Origin: a virus
Strand: one strand, 5' to 3'
IMG/VR virus record: IMGVR_UViG_3300030107_004732
Span: 21,246 to 85,245 of that record
DNA: 64,000 nt
Positions 48,834-59,879 of the stretch are shown piece after piece (the first letter of the stretch is position 1; every line of letters starts with the position of its first letter). A program made the position numbers and the translations under genes. Below the pieces are notes generated by a model that made no database searches, was not told the origin of the DNA, and worked only from the letters and a program-made list of their open reading frames with translations.

Positions 48834-49736
48834 TTATCCAAATAAGTTGTCTAATTCACCATCTGAACTCTTAAGCATATCAAACACATTGTCTTCTGCA
48901 CTTACTTTTTCAGGTTGGCTATTAGCACTCCCTTGGCTTACTGGAATATCTCGAACACCTTTCATCTGATTAAGCATATCTTCTTTAGTTGCATTTGCAA
49001 CATTTTGATTTACTTGACCTCTATTAAGCAAAGTATACATATCATCAAATGATAAACCGCCTTTAGAAAATCTTTGTTGAGCAGTATCTACAAACTGTTG
49101 AAATTGTTCATCAGTCATGTTATACCTTTCTTTAAACTCATCTGCTTGATTTTTTAAAGCAATTTTATGATTCATATGTTGTGCTTTTTGTCTTTCAGAA
49201 CTTAGAATTTCATTAGTACGCTTTTGAACAATACCGTCCACCATTGTATTAAATACTTTTCTAGAATCAGATTCAGGTTTAGTAATCATTTCGTCAGCAT
49301 CGAACATAAAATCTTCGTCTAAATTTAAACGTTCTTTTACATTATCAGGGACACTGCCTCCATTACTAAAATATCCTCGAACATGTTCCACTAAACCACT
49401 ATCTTTTTTCATCGCATCTAGTACAGGAATAAAAGGTTGCAACTCATTGAGTTGGGCTTTTAATCTTTGTGCTTCACGACTGGAATCACTATACCTTTTT
49501 CGCATATTATTTAGCTCATCAGGTTCTTGTGACACCTGGCCTTGTGCCTCTACATTATTGGGGTCCTGCTGTGCAGGAGTTACCTCAGTTTGGGTCTCTG
49601 GCGTTTGGTTGTCTTGAATACCTCCATTAACTTGGTCTTCAAGGTCACTAAAAAAGTCACCACTATTGGAGCCAAAAACAGCTTCATCAACTGTTTGTGG
49701 GTTACCTTGTGTATTTTCTTCCATTATATTCTCCAT
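48834..49736 (-). CDS. Capsid scaffolding protein
   Basis: Acidic coiled-coil, KRYSDSSREA; between portal and MCP. Confidence 0.75.
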   Translation of the reverse strand: MENIMEENTQGNPQTVDEAVFGSNSGDFFSDLEDQVNGGIQDNQTPETQTEVTPAQQDPNNVEAQGQVSQEPDELNNMRKRYSDSSREAQRLKAQLNELQPFIPVLDAMKKDSGLVEHVRGYFSNGGSVPDNVKERLNLDEDFMFDADEMITKPESDSRKVFNTMVDGIVQKRTNEILSSERQKAQHMNHKIALKNQADEFKERYNMTDEQFQQFVDTAQQRFSKGGLSFDDMYTLLNRGQVNQNVANATKEDMLNQMKGVRDIPVSQGSANSQPEKVSAEDNVFDMLKSSDGELDNLFG

Positions 49737-49760
49737 TTTTTTGTTGTTAATTTAATTAAT

Positions 49761-52034
49761 TTATTTCCTCTTTTGCAAATCAATTATTCTTTGATTGACA
49801 TCTTCGTAAGCTTTTGTATTAGTTGTTTCATTTTTTTCACGCATTGTTTTTTGATGTGCTTTAGACTCAAGCTCTTCTTTATAGATGCCAGATTTAGTAG
49901 CTTCTTTTTGCTTGTTGATTTCAACATCTGCTTGCATGACTTTATTTTTAATATTAGATTGTATAATTTGTCTTTCAAGTGTTTCATTAGTGCCTTTCTC
50001 TTTTTTGAGTTGCTCTTCTAATCCAGAAATTTGAGATTGTAATTGAGCATATAATGATTTTCTTTTTACTACAGATTCTTTATTTCTTATATCAGTTTCT
50101 GCAAGAACAGCAATATCATCAACTACTCCTAATCTCATTAATTCTTTTAATTCAGATAAATAAGCCCATCTATTTACAGGCAATGTAGAACCAGCAATTA
50201 CTTTTACATCAAATTTAGATGATGCATAATCTCTCCATTTACCAATAGCTTGACCTAAATCATTATATAATGGAACATTAATTTCAACTACTTTTTCTTC
50301 GTCAATAGCTTGAGGTTGAACAATTCTAAAGACTTTATGTGCTGTATATATAGCCTGTGAATATTCTTTAATAACATTACCTAATTGTTTTAATGCAGGT
50401 TCAATAGCATGCTTTAGCCAATATTTAATTCTTCTTGTTCCATATTCGTCCATAGCGAGCATACCTTTATAAGGCATCTCTGCAGTTGCGGAAGTATCAC
50501 CTTGCATTGCAGAATATATACCAGCCAAATATTCCATATCCTGTTTTCCAGTTTGAGTTAAACTAAAAAATGCATTATTTAACTGAAATGGCATAACAGG
50601 TGTTGGCGGCTCATATCCTTGCCTTTTAGGTAATAAAGCCCCAGGCGCGCTAGAATACTTTTCCCAATAATCAGTATCAACACTACCTTCTTCATATATC
50701 CATCTCAAACTACTTCCAAGAGATGCATTATGTATCATCAATTGATGCGCTTTATTTAATTCTCTTTGCTTACCAATTAAAGGAGATACAGCAGACATAG
50801 GAAAAGGTGTGCCTGTCCATTTATAATGAAATGGTATAATAGGATATTCTTTTATAGGAAGATATTTAGTATATAAAGTTTTATCTCCTACAACACAACA
50901 TAATTTTATAGCGTTCTCATGAAACTTAATTTGGTCAACTAAATTTTTAGCAAACCTTTTGTTTTTCATAAGAATATTAAATTCTTTTTCAGAAACAACA
51001 TTATTATCTATTTTAGAGTTTTCTTGATGTAGTCTATTTTCAACCTCAATAGCAAAAGACTCTATTTGTTGTTGCATCATTTCTTGTTCTTTTTGTAATT
51101 CTAATTGCATTCTTTCAGGTAGCATTTTACCTTCTTGTACTGCTATTTGCATTTCTTGTTGTTTTTCCATAAATGAAACTTGCATTTCAGCTTTAAGTTT
51201 CTCAACTTGTTTAGCAGCTTCTTGTTTTATATTTTGAATCATTTCTTTATCAGGCGGTATTCTGTAGAAATAATTTATATATGGTATTTTTTCTTTTTCA
51301 TAGCATTCATAAAATTCTAGTAATTCATTTTCTTTATCAGAATAAACAGCATTATTATTATCCATATCTTTAAAGCCAAAATCTTTTTGGTCTTGGTCTT
51401 TTGATTTTTCTGAATAGTTTTCATAAGATTCTTGGTTAGATGATGCCGCTAATATCTTTCTTTTGCTATCAGGGAACAGGTTTATAAGATGACCTTTAGG
51501 AAGGATTTTGCGGATTAAAATATAAGCAGCATCTCTAAACAAAACATCTCTAGATTTATTATCTACATATACATCAAAAGGGTCAGGCTGTTGTATTACA
51601 ACTTCTCCCATACCTCTATCAGCATCAGGGTCAACAGTAACTAAAAGATAGCCCATTGACTTTGTGACACTATCATTAATAGCATTAGAAAGTAATGTTT
51701 CTCCATTTGAGTTGTCCCATATATAATCAGATATATCTGAAAAAACAGAAGCAACATCAGAATCATCACCTGTAACACCAATTGCTTGCCACCTAGGGTT
51801 ATTTGCTGTTGCATAAAAATTAAGCATTTCAACTACAGGAGTTATTCTATTTATTGTAAAAGTAGGCATCCCTTGCTCTTCTAAATCTACTTTTTCTTTT
51901 GCAGATATTTGATTATCATTTGCAAAGTCAAATCCTTTTTGGTTTATATATTCCCATTGGATTCTATTTTCAGTTTTAGAATATTCGTATATTCTATGAA
52001 CTCTTTCTGCGTTTTTATCTTTTCTTTTAGCCAT
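49761..52034 (-). CDS. Portal protein (P22-like)
   Basis: 757 aa; TINRI, DPFDVYVD, YPIIPF, QRELNK; C-terminal coiled-coil. Confidence 0.88.
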   Translation of the reverse strand: MAKRKDKNAERVHRIYEYSKTENRIQWEYINQKGFDFANDNQISAKEKVDLEEQGMPTFTINRITPVVEMLNFYATANNPRWQAIGVTGDDSDVASVFSDISDYIWDNSNGETLLSNAINDSVTKSMGYLLVTVDPDADRGMGEVVIQQPDPFDVYVDNKSRDVLFRDAAYILIRKILPKGHLINLFPDSKRKILAASSNQESYENYSEKSKDQDQKDFGFKDMDNNNAVYSDKENELLEFYECYEKEKIPYINYFYRIPPDKEMIQNIKQEAAKQVEKLKAEMQVSFMEKQQEMQIAVQEGKMLPERMQLELQKEQEMMQQQIESFAIEVENRLHQENSKIDNNVVSEKEFNILMKNKRFAKNLVDQIKFHENAIKLCCVVGDKTLYTKYLPIKEYPIIPFHYKWTGTPFPMSAVSPLIGKQRELNKAHQLMIHNASLGSSLRWIYEEGSVDTDYWEKYSSAPGALLPKRQGYEPPTPVMPFQLNNAFFSLTQTGKQDMEYLAGIYSAMQGDTSATAEMPYKGMLAMDEYGTRRIKYWLKHAIEPALKQLGNVIKEYSQAIYTAHKVFRIVQPQAIDEEKVVEINVPLYNDLGQAIGKWRDYASSKFDVKVIAGSTLPVNRWAYLSELKELMRLGVVDDIAVLAETDIRNKESVVKRKSLYAQLQSQISGLEEQLKKEKGTNETLERQIIQSNIKNKVMQADVEINKQKEATKSGIYKEELESKAHQKTMREKNETTNTKAYEDVNQRIIDLQKRK

Positions 52035-52177
52035 TATAACCTCTCCAGTAATTTTTTGCCAACTAAAACTAATATTATTATAAATGCAACAGTCAATACA
52101 TCAAATGCATGACTACCACTATCACTTTCAATAGAGCCGATTGGAGTTTCTATTACAACTCTCTTAGTGCTATTCAT
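52034..52177 (-). CDS. Small membrane protein (47 aa; not in ORF track)
   Basis: Manual translation ...FDVLTVAFIIILVLVGKK. Confidence 0.5.
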   Translation of the reverse strand: MNSTKRVVIETPIGSIESDSGSHAFDVLTVAFIIILVLVGKKLLERL

Positions 52178-52478
52178 CACTCATTCCACCCTGCTCCATA
52201 ATTCTTAAAAATTTATCTTTTAAACCATTGCCACTTAATCTTGCTATGATTTCTACTTGAGCCTTAAAAATTCCATTTAATTTTTTTTGCTCCATTTGTA
52301 CTAATTTTTGTTGGTCTATTAATTTTATAATAATACCTTCTAATCTTTTAAAGTCTTGGTCCAACTCATTCATTAATGTACTTTGTATGAACCTGTTTTG
52401 TTTCCAAATAAAAAAACCAAATGCCATTGCAACTGCAACTGGTATACCAAATTGTTCCAATATTTGTAAAATATCCAT
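52170..52478 (-). CDS. Membrane protein with coiled-coil (holin-like)
   Basis: N-terminal TM FGIPVAVAMAFGFFIW. Confidence 0.55.
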   Translation of the reverse strand: MDILQILEQFGIPVAVAMAFGFFIWKQNRFIQSTLMNELDQDFKRLEGIIIKLIDQQKLVQMEQKKLNGIFKAQVEIIARLSGNGLKDKFLRIMEQGGMSDE

Positions 52479-52502
52479 ATCATAAGATAAGAAATAAATA
52501 TA

Positions 52503-54059
52503 CTAAGCTACAACCCATGATTTTGCAACAGGTCTTTTCTTGTAAAAACTACGTTTACCTTTACCTTCATGAATACCTACAGGTGGATTAGCATATTTAC
52601 AAGCATATGCAAGTGCATCTATAGTATCATCGTGAGCCATTCTTGGACCAAAAGTTATAATTTCATGTTCTAAATCATATTGCTCTTTCTTTAAATGTAT
52701 CTGCCCAATCGCAAATCTTTGAGCAAGTATTTCTTGTATTCTATCTCTTTTAGACATCCTTGTACCAGGTTTTTCTTCTTTAAATCTTACAGTAAAGTCG
52801 TTTCTTCTTCTTGTTTCAGCTCTTAAGGCCTGAAATACAGGTTTACTCATTGTAGTATCTTCTACAACATACAAACTTGGGTGAAATATTTTAGATATAT
52901 CAAACATATAATCTACTATACCCTTTTTATCTTCACCTGGAATACCTAATACTGGTATACCTCTTTTTCTAATATAATCTAATATATAAATATTATTGTC
53001 AGGGTCAACTGCAACAGTTAATATTACACTATAGTCAGCATCTCTTCTTTGACTATCTGTTGCTGGGTCAACTCCAGAAAATATATTTACAGGTTTTAAT
53101 TCTCCATCTATCTTCACAAAAGATATATCTTGTTCTTCATCATGAACAAATTGTCCGTCCCAATATTTAATATGGTTTCTTGTAAAGATAGAGTCATCTT
53201 CACTTTGAACTTCCATCATGTACTCTTGATAGAATTTGTATGGCTGTCCAGAATCAGCGTAAAACTTTTTCTTTCTATCCATTTCTTTTTTGCCGAACCA
53301 GCTATCCCATAGCATAGTCCCATCATCTGCTATCGCTTTCTTAAGAACAACATCCCAAGAAAACTCTTCATTGTTTTTAACAGATTTTTCATAGCTAACA
53401 ATAAGATTATTAATAAAAGAATCAAAATGCACAGGAGTGCCATTAATCCGTAACCTACCAGTATGAGGCTCAAGAGCAGGGAATACCACAGCAGTAATAA
53501 GGTTGGAGTTTTTTGCTCTAGCTTCAGGAGTGATAGTGTTATTTTCGTCTTCAAAATCATCGAGAATAACGAGGTCATATCTTTTATGTAGTTTCGCGCC
53601 TCCTCGTATACCTGAGATATTCGATTTAGAAATAAGTTTACAACCGTTTGTAGTCTCAATGTCTGTCTCCGTCCATTTAGTTCCTTTTAGTCTACCAAAA
53701 TAATACTGAATCCTTTCATTAAATTCCAAATGATATTTAATATAATCCATATTACCTGTGGCCAACTTTGCTGTTGCAGAAACCCAGCCATAAAATAATG
53801 GTTCTTTTGTAAAACAAAATTGATGTAATATGTCACATTTAGTAAGTACTGTTTTTCCATGACCTCTAGGCAAAATAATTGCTGTTTGTTTTTTTTCTTT
53901 ATCTCCAATCGTATCTGCTATTTCATAATGAAAAGGCGGAGTTTCACTTCTCATAAAGTCATCAGGTAAAAATAATTTACCAAATGCGATTAAATCTTTA
54001 GACGCAAGTAATAATGCTTCTTCAGCTTTACTAACATTTTGAGTATTAATATTAGCCAT
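52503..54059 (-). CDS. terL: Terminase large subunit
   Basis: PRGHGKT Walker A, ILDDFEDE Walker B, GTP, GVDPA, HDDTIDALAY nuclease motifs. Confidence 0.93.
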   Translation of the reverse strand: MANINTQNVSKAEEALLLASKDLIAFGKLFLPDDFMRSETPPFHYEIADTIGDKEKKQTAIILPRGHGKTVLTKCDILHQFCFTKEPLFYGWVSATAKLATGNMDYIKYHLEFNERIQYYFGRLKGTKWTETDIETTNGCKLISKSNISGIRGGAKLHKRYDLVILDDFEDENNTITPEARAKNSNLITAVVFPALEPHTGRLRINGTPVHFDSFINNLIVSYEKSVKNNEEFSWDVVLKKAIADDGTMLWDSWFGKKEMDRKKKFYADSGQPYKFYQEYMMEVQSEDDSIFTRNHIKYWDGQFVHDEEQDISFVKIDGELKPVNIFSGVDPATDSQRRDADYSVILTVAVDPDNNIYILDYIRKRGIPVLGIPGEDKKGIVDYMFDISKIFHPSLYVVEDTTMSKPVFQALRAETRRRNDFTVRFKEEKPGTRMSKRDRIQEILAQRFAIGQIHLKKEQYDLEHEIITFGPRMAHDDTIDALAYACKYANPPVGIHEGKGKRSFYKKRPVAKSWVVA

Positions 54060-54774
54060 TTAGTTTTTTAGGCCTTTCGGCAACATCAATCATTTTATCA
54101 TCAAATCCTTGAAATTGCACACCTGTTATTTGTTGTACTTTAGCTGTATTCTTATCTTCTAAGTCCATTATATCAGATAGTTTAAATAATGCTTTTAATC
54201 TTGTTTCGTCCTTTTCAGATGATTGAGCTATATTATTTATATTTTCTAACACTGTTGTTTCATTAATACCAAGTTCTTCTAATACTGGTTTTAATTCTTC
54301 TTTCATAGCTGTTTTTACCCTTTCAGTTTTAATTAAATTAACTGCTTTCATTCGAGCATATTGTTTATTATTAGTAGGGAATGCTTTTACATAAGCATCT
54401 TGAGGCTGAATACCAGCAGCAACATATTGAACAAACAATTCTTCATTAGCAGTTAGTTCTCTTCTAGACGCTACTATTTCTTCAGGCGTTTTATTACCTC
54501 CAAAAGAATATATATTAGCTCTTCTGTCGGCATCCATTATAGTTTTTTTATTGATTATAAAGGTACCAGTACAAGTACCTAGGTAAGTTACTTCTTTATT
54601 TTTTTGAAGCATTGAACCTTTACGAATAACTTGAATAACACATTCATCATCCGTTAATACCCAATCTCCAATAGTCCCATTACGCCAGTTTTTTACTATA
54701 GTAATATTACCTGGAACTTCGTCCACACTATCATATACAGTATGTAAAACTCTATTTACTTTATAACTTCTCAA
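54052..54774 (-). CDS. Putative terminase small subunit
   Basis: Overlaps the TerL start; HTH-like AYVKAF..YARMKA. Confidence 0.7.
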   Translation of the reverse strand: MRSYKVNRVLHTVYDSVDEVPGNITIVKNWRNGTIGDWVLTDDECVIQVIRKGSMLQKNKEVTYLGTCTGTFIINKKTIMDADRRANIYSFGGNKTPEEIVASRRELTANEELFVQYVAAGIQPQDAYVKAFPTNNKQYARMKAVNLIKTERVKTAMKEELKPVLEELGINETTVLENINNIAQSSEKDETRLKALFKLSDIMDLEDKNTAKVQQITGVQFQGFDDKMIDVAERPKKLNG

Positions 54775-54986
54775 GATTCACCTATAACTAAAGTATCATC
54801 TAATAATGACAAATCATCATCTGAATAATAATCTAATATATATACGTACTCACCTTCAAAATGTCTGTAGTTAAACTCATTTTCAACCTTTTCTTCAATA
54901 TATTCAATTTCTTCAGTCTCTTCATTAAAAGCTACTTCTAATGTGTATATTGTTAAGTCTTTATTGGATTTATTCTTTTTTGGCAT
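54771..54986 (-). CDS. Small acidic hypothetical protein
   Basis: Counterpart of 3566..3742; start probably MPKK at 54986. Confidence 0.6.
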   Translation of the reverse strand: MPKKNKSNKDLTIYTLEVAFNEETEEIEYIEEKVENEFNYRHFEGEYVYILDYYSDDDLSLLDDTLVIGES

Positions 54987-55355
54987 GCACATAATATAAT
55001 ATAGTGTGAGCCAAATTTCCAAATTTGGTGAACACAATTAAGTATTTGACGCAAAAAGCCCCTGGGAAAGTTGATTAAAGTTTAAATTTCGTTTAAAGCC
55101 AGTTCTCTTTTTATTACTAGGTTTCAATAAAGTAAGCTTAATTAGTCTATTGGAGACACTCTCAATCTCATCTTACCTTTATCCATCTAATATTAAGTTT
55201 GGTCCATACTCTAACTTATATTAAACTAATTTTCGGAAGTTATCGGTGAAAATCCTTTCTTCTATATGAAGTGGCAAACCGACTTCTGACCCTCTACTTG
55301 CGTGCAAAGCCTTCAAGGGTGATAATTTAAAAAAATTACTTCCTAATAGGTGTAT

Positions 55356-55385
55356 AAGTTACTGTAGCTTAATTCTTAAAGTCAA
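55356..55385 (-). promoter_or_regulatory. Sigma70-like promoter TTGACT-N18-TAACTT
   Basis: Same relative position as the 3748..3776 promoter. Confidence 0.45.
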
Positions 55386-55426
55386 CTAATTTAGTTAAAA
55401 ATGATTTGAAAAAAGGGAAGGTTTCA

Positions 55427-55446
55427 AAAATTGTAGGATTTTAGTG
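55427..55446. repeat. Junction motif AAAATTGTnnnATTTTAGTG, copy 2
   Basis: 17/20 identical to 3800..3819. Confidence 0.6.
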
Positions 55447-55550
55447 GAGACCCATATTTAAGCGAGTAGCCTGCCCCATTTCACTTTTTATATATGGAAA
55501 ATGGGTTATTTTTCATTTTAATCAAAAACAAAAACGAAAGGACTAATACA

Positions 55551-55910
55551 ATGAAACAGTATTATTCAACAGCAAAAGCAAAAGCCATCATCTTTACAGA
55601 TGATACAGGCAATGAAAAAACATTTTATCAGCTTACCAACGACACATCTTTACCTGTCAATTTCCTTGGTGAGCAAACCGAAACATTATCTCACAATGTC
55701 TTTGGTATCAAAGCTTCCAACGAGCCACAAGTCAGCATCTATCTGTCTGAAGAGCAATTCAACAAAATGCAAAACAAAACTTATCATTGCATTATTTCTC
55801 TTACTGAATCAGGTGCTCCTCAAATTACTCAAGTATCTGAAAAGCAATCTGAAATACCAAAAGCATTGCTTGCTCATACTTCCTTCTACAATCCTCTTAC
55901 TATCTCATAG
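55551..55910 (+). CDS. First early gene of the right-flank unit, hypothetical
   Basis: AAAGGA RBS; followed by a terminator. Confidence 0.7.
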   Translation: MKQYYSTAKAKAIIFTDDTGNEKTFYQLTNDTSLPVNFLGEQTETLSHNVFGIKASNEPQVSIYLSEEQFNKMQNKTYHCIISLTESGAPQITQVSEKQSEIPKALLAHTSFYNPLTIS

Positions 55911-55925
55911 TTCCTTGCACACTTC

Positions 55926-55969
55926 AAGAGCCATTGACTCACACTCTTTGGCTCTTACCCCTTTTTTTT
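55926..55969 (+). terminator. Intrinsic terminator
   Basis: AAGAGCCA/TGGCTCTT stem followed by T8. Confidence 0.55.
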
Positions 55970-56036
55970 ATACGATAGACTTCGTGTGATAAACTTGTAT
56001 TATAAATAAACATACCCTAAACATAAAGGAGAAACG

Positions 56037-56510
56037 ATGATATACTTAATATCAGCAACAATTATACTTTGGATTACTGTTTGTATACTTATAGGCAACA
56101 GTTTCTACCAAGATAAACAACTAGAAAAGCTAAAGCAAGACTACTTCAAACTCTTTGCTCAAACTGAACATGTCAAGTTAGCTGAACGCAACACATTTGA
56201 CTATGCGTTTGATAACATTGCTCAAGTAAGGCAACAGATAAGAGACTTAAATGTTGATGAACGACTTGGTCACTTAACTAAATCTATACTTGATGTAAAG
56301 ACAGACATGAAGATAGCATTTGAACAAGAGAATGAATACATTGAGTCAAGAATAGATGATGTAAGAAGAGAGTTTGGTGCTAAAGATGTGTTACCATTTA
56401 AAGAAATTGTAAAACCAGCACAATGCTATTTACCTGACGTCACAGATGATGAATACACTGTTAAATGGACTACAAATCAAGAACAATATAGTAATAAGGA
56501 GGACAAATAA
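56037..56510 (+). CDS. Membrane-anchored hypothetical protein
   Basis: N-terminal TM; AAGGAG RBS. Confidence 0.65.
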   Translation: MIYLISATIILWITVCILIGNSFYQDKQLEKLKQDYFKLFAQTEHVKLAERNTFDYAFDNIAQVRQQIRDLNVDERLGHLTKSILDVKTDMKIAFEQENEYIESRIDDVRREFGAKDVLPFKEIVKPAQCYLPDVTDDEYTVKWTTNQEQYSNKEDK

Positions 56511-56671
56511 TGGAGTTTATTAAACTATTCTTATCAACTATAGTAATTATTGTTCTATCATTTATATCATACAGTTCTGTTATAATAAGTGAGGTATTCT
56601 ATCATATTTATAAGTATACAATGAGATGTATCAAGTATATTATGATTAATTGTATGGAAGGAGCTGAATAA

Positions 56672-57055
56672 ATGGAATATTGTAAAAGATGTGACAGTTT
56701 CTACCAAGTAAATGATTACCACACTTGTTTTAGTGAGTATGAGAACATTAGGAGAATGAATAAGGCTTACACATTAAAACAGCAAAGTAAAGATGGTATT
56801 GCTAACTATGATATTAATGATATAGTAACTATTGATAAAGACTTATTACATCATATACTTAGAGATGAGATGATGAATAACTTGTTAACTATTCTTGGTA
56901 TCAACGACTTTAACAAATGGTATGTTGAGACAGTAGGTGGTCCAGCACCATTTATTAATGTTGGCCATAAGAAGAAAACAAGAACCAAACAAACAAGAAG
57001 GTATAAGAACCAGAAATACCATATTCTTGATGAAAAGGAAATGGAATTTAAATAA
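56672..57055 (+). CDS. Hypothetical protein (CxxC..HxC N-terminus)
   Basis: 127 aa with RBS. Confidence 0.6.
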   Translation: MEYCKRCDSFYQVNDYHTCFSEYENIRRMNKAYTLKQQSKDGIANYDINDIVTIDKDLLHHILRDEMMNNLLTILGINDFNKWYVETVGGPAPFINVGHKKKTRTKQTRRYKNQKYHILDEKEMEFK

Positions 57056-57081
57056 CCAAACAAATAACTTAGGAGACTAAC

Positions 57082-57558
57082 ATGAAATTATATAAAAAGA
57101 TAAATACTAAATACGGTGTTGTTTATAAGAAGGTAGATAAAAGCGAGAGTGAAGGCGGCGCGGATGTTGAAAGAATTACTCCTGACACTCTTTTAACTAA
57201 AGAACAACGAGAAATGGTTAAAGAGGCTATTGCAAGGCAAGATAGGCAATTAGCATCAGGTAACTTTGAGGTAATAGAAAGAGATACGATTAATGGTAAA
57301 GCATTATCTATGAGGCCTAAAAATCCTCTTGATATAACTAATTGGAATGAAGATACTATCTATCGAGACTTAAATGGTAGATATGAAAATATATTCTCAC
57401 ATATGAATAAACTATGGTGTGACGGTCATGGCTTTGAAGATTGTAGTAAATGTAGTATGTATGCGAGAATGTTAGTAGAAGTATTTGATAAGATAAATGA
57501 ATTGAGTGGCCGCGACATGTCACAAGATTTATGCTCTTATCATAAAGACGACAAATAA
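57082..57558 (+). CDS. Hypothetical protein with Cys cluster
   Basis: 158 aa; CDGHGFEDCSKC. Confidence 0.6.
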   Translation: MKLYKKINTKYGVVYKKVDKSESEGGADVERITPDTLLTKEQREMVKEAIARQDRQLASGNFEVIERDTINGKALSMRPKNPLDITNWNEDTIYRDLNGRYENIFSHMNKLWCDGHGFEDCSKCSMYARMLVEVFDKINELSGRDMSQDLCSYHKDDK

Positions 57559-57769
57559 CCAAAAATAATAAAATTAGGCAGAGTCCTTAAATCGCGAGAT
57601 TAAGGGAGTGTTTTGACATAGTGTGAACATAGTAATCCTCCAAAGAGTATCACACAGTCTCCTTTAGCACTTGGTTAACTCTGCCGCTTAATTAGAGAGA
57701 AAGTTGTGGCTAAAACTACCATTCACTGAAAGCGTAGTCTTTCTCTCTACACACTAAAAGGAGAAATAA

Positions 57770-58360
57770 ATGATAACATCAATAATAATAATAATAGCTA
57801 TAGTTTTATTAACATACAAACAAAGAACTATAAATAACCAATTACATAACGAAATAACTACTAATTCTAATTGTATTGAAGAGTTAGAATCATTTACGTA
57901 TCACGATGAATCTGAAATAAAAGATTGGATAGAAGATGGAACTCGTGACATACAATATGATTTAGATAATCACTCTTCAGAAATAGAAGACCTAAGTTAT
58001 GATAAAGCTAATAATAACTATGTAGATGGAGAAATAGAAGACCTTCATAAGAAACTAACAAAAATAATAAAAGAAGAGATGGAAGAATGGAGTGTATTAT
58101 TTGATAGAGTTCGTAATATAACTGCATATCTAAGTTCTACAACATCTGATTTTCAAAAGACTCTTAATGATAGTGGTAATCCTATTGCATATGATAAAGA
58201 CAATAATGCAGAAAAGGCTGTTCGTATTCTTCAATTATGTAAAGATGCAATTAATAATAATTTCCCTGATGATGAGGTAGGTGATATATCTATTACATTT
58301 AATGGTGATGAATATTCTCTTGCAACTAATGAAATTGAAGGAGCTGAAGACAATGAATAG
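57770..58360 (+). CDS. Membrane-anchored coiled-coil protein
   Basis: N-terminal TM, acidic coiled-coil. Confidence 0.65.
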   Translation: MITSIIIIIAIVLLTYKQRTINNQLHNEITTNSNCIEELESFTYHDESEIKDWIEDGTRDIQYDLDNHSSEIEDLSYDKANNNYVDGEIEDLHKKLTKIIKEEMEEWSVLFDRVRNITAYLSSTTSDFQKTLNDSGNPIAYDKDNNAEKAVRILQLCKDAINNNFPDDEVGDISITFNGDEYSLATNEIEGAEDNE

Positions 58361-58569
58361 TTTTGCTAACTTACAAAAATGGCTTGATAAAGCAGGTTAT
58401 AAATTAGGGTATGATATTCATAATATACCTGAACCAAAATACTGGCATTTAATTGAAAGATTAGGTATTTACGCTCACACTTGGTATGGCTATAACGAGC
58501 AAGAACAGTATGATTGGTATGAAAACGATAATTATAGAGACTTTTTAAATAAATATGAAGGGAGTTAAG

Positions 58570-58836
58570 ATGACATATGATATGCATTTAGTATCAAATG
58601 AAATTGAAGATAACAGAGAACCAGAAGATAGGGATAATAAAATCTTTTGGCTTGATAAATTTCAAGGCGAAGCAAAAGGTGGTTTAATGTATCGCTCTAA
58701 AACAGCTATAGATATAGAAACTGTTGAAGAAAAGTTTAATGTTAAAGTAGTTGGTATAAAAATTGACCCTGACTATGAATCAGGTAAAGCTTCTTGGACA
58801 ATAGAATATATCACAGCGGTGGAGGGAGATAAATGA
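58570..58836 (+). CDS. Hypothetical protein
   Basis: GGGAG RBS before ATG 58570. Confidence 0.6.
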   Translation: MTYDMHLVSNEIEDNREPEDRDNKIFWLDKFQGEAKGGLMYRSKTAIDIETVEEKFNVKVVGIKIDPDYESGKASWTIEYITAVEGDK

Positions 58837-58995
58837 TTATGAAATGTTGTTTTGATGATTGTTATAATGATTGTGGTATTTACGGACATAATGCAGAACC
58901 TGCAGCATCTGGGAGGTGCTGTGGGGACTGTAATGGGACTGTTGTAGTTCCATTTAGAATACATTTATTAGTAACCGATAAAATAGGAGATAAAA

Positions 58996-59283
58996 ATGAG
59001 ACAAGATAACCAACCTCAAGGTGATAGAGAACAAGAAGAGCTTAAAGGTATTAGAGCATCTTGGATAGAAACAGCAAGTAAATTGCTATTAGGACGTAAA
59101 ATAGTTAAAGTAGATTACATACCTGTTAAAGAAACAGATGAAATGATGTGGCAGCATCAACCTGTATGTTTTCTTTTAGATAACGGTGATTGGGTATATC
59201 CTATGGCAGATGATGAAGGTAACGATGCAGGTGCTTTAGTAGTCGGACAAGACCTGTTACCAGTATTGAGAGGTGATAAATGA
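58996..59283 (+). CDS. Hypothetical phage protein
   Basis: 95 aa; AGGAG RBS; DDEGNDAGAL. Confidence 0.7.
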   Translation: MRQDNQPQGDREQEELKGIRASWIETASKLLLGRKIVKVDYIPVKETDEMMWQHQPVCFLLDNGDWVYPMADDEGNDAGALVVGQDLLPVLRGDK

Positions 59284-59544
59284 TAAACTGGACTAATATA
59301 ATATTATATGGTAGCATCACTGTAAGTTCTATATTTATATGGTACTTAATAGTTTACTATTTAATAGATTGGTGGTGTAAATGAAAAAATGGAAACTAAA
59401 AGAATATCCTGATGAAGACTTGTTTGAAGATGGAGAACTTGATGAGTCTACAACTAAAATGATAGCTATAACACCTGTTCAAGAAAAGATACTATGGCTT
59501 TTAAGCACAGGCAGAGCAGTTCTTGCTGAATGGGAGGAATCAAA

Positions 59545-59760
59545 ATGAGTTGGTTTTGTGATACAGAAGAAGCTAAGGAACATAAAAAGAACTGTAAAAA
59601 AAATCCTTGGAATTGTGGTAAATGTGTCTGGATAGATGAATCTGCTATTGCTATGGGTAGATATGGTAAAGTAGTAAAAAAAGAAAGAGACTTAGGAGAA
59701 CCACACCCTTTAACTGACTTAATAATAGAAAAGTTCAATGGGAGAATAATAGATGAATAA
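59545..59760 (+). CDS. Small Cys/His-rich protein, copy B
   Basis: Paralog of 16722..16934. Confidence 0.8.
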   Translation: MSWFCDTEEAKEHKKNCKKNPWNCGKCVWIDESAIAMGRYGKVVKKERDLGEPHPLTDLIIEKFNGRIIDE

Positions 59761-59879
59761 AATACATACTGAATTAAGAATTGTCTGGATAACACCAGAT
59801 GGTAATTACTTTTTAAACAAACAACTCGCAGAAAAACACTGTGATAACTTTAACCTCTTAAAAGAAGAAGGAGAAATAA

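Noticed and set aside
20260-53908. Many short + strand and alternate-frame ORFs in the virion arm
   Set aside because: Antisense or out-of-frame overlaps of long, motif-bearing genes; no RBS or recognisable motifs
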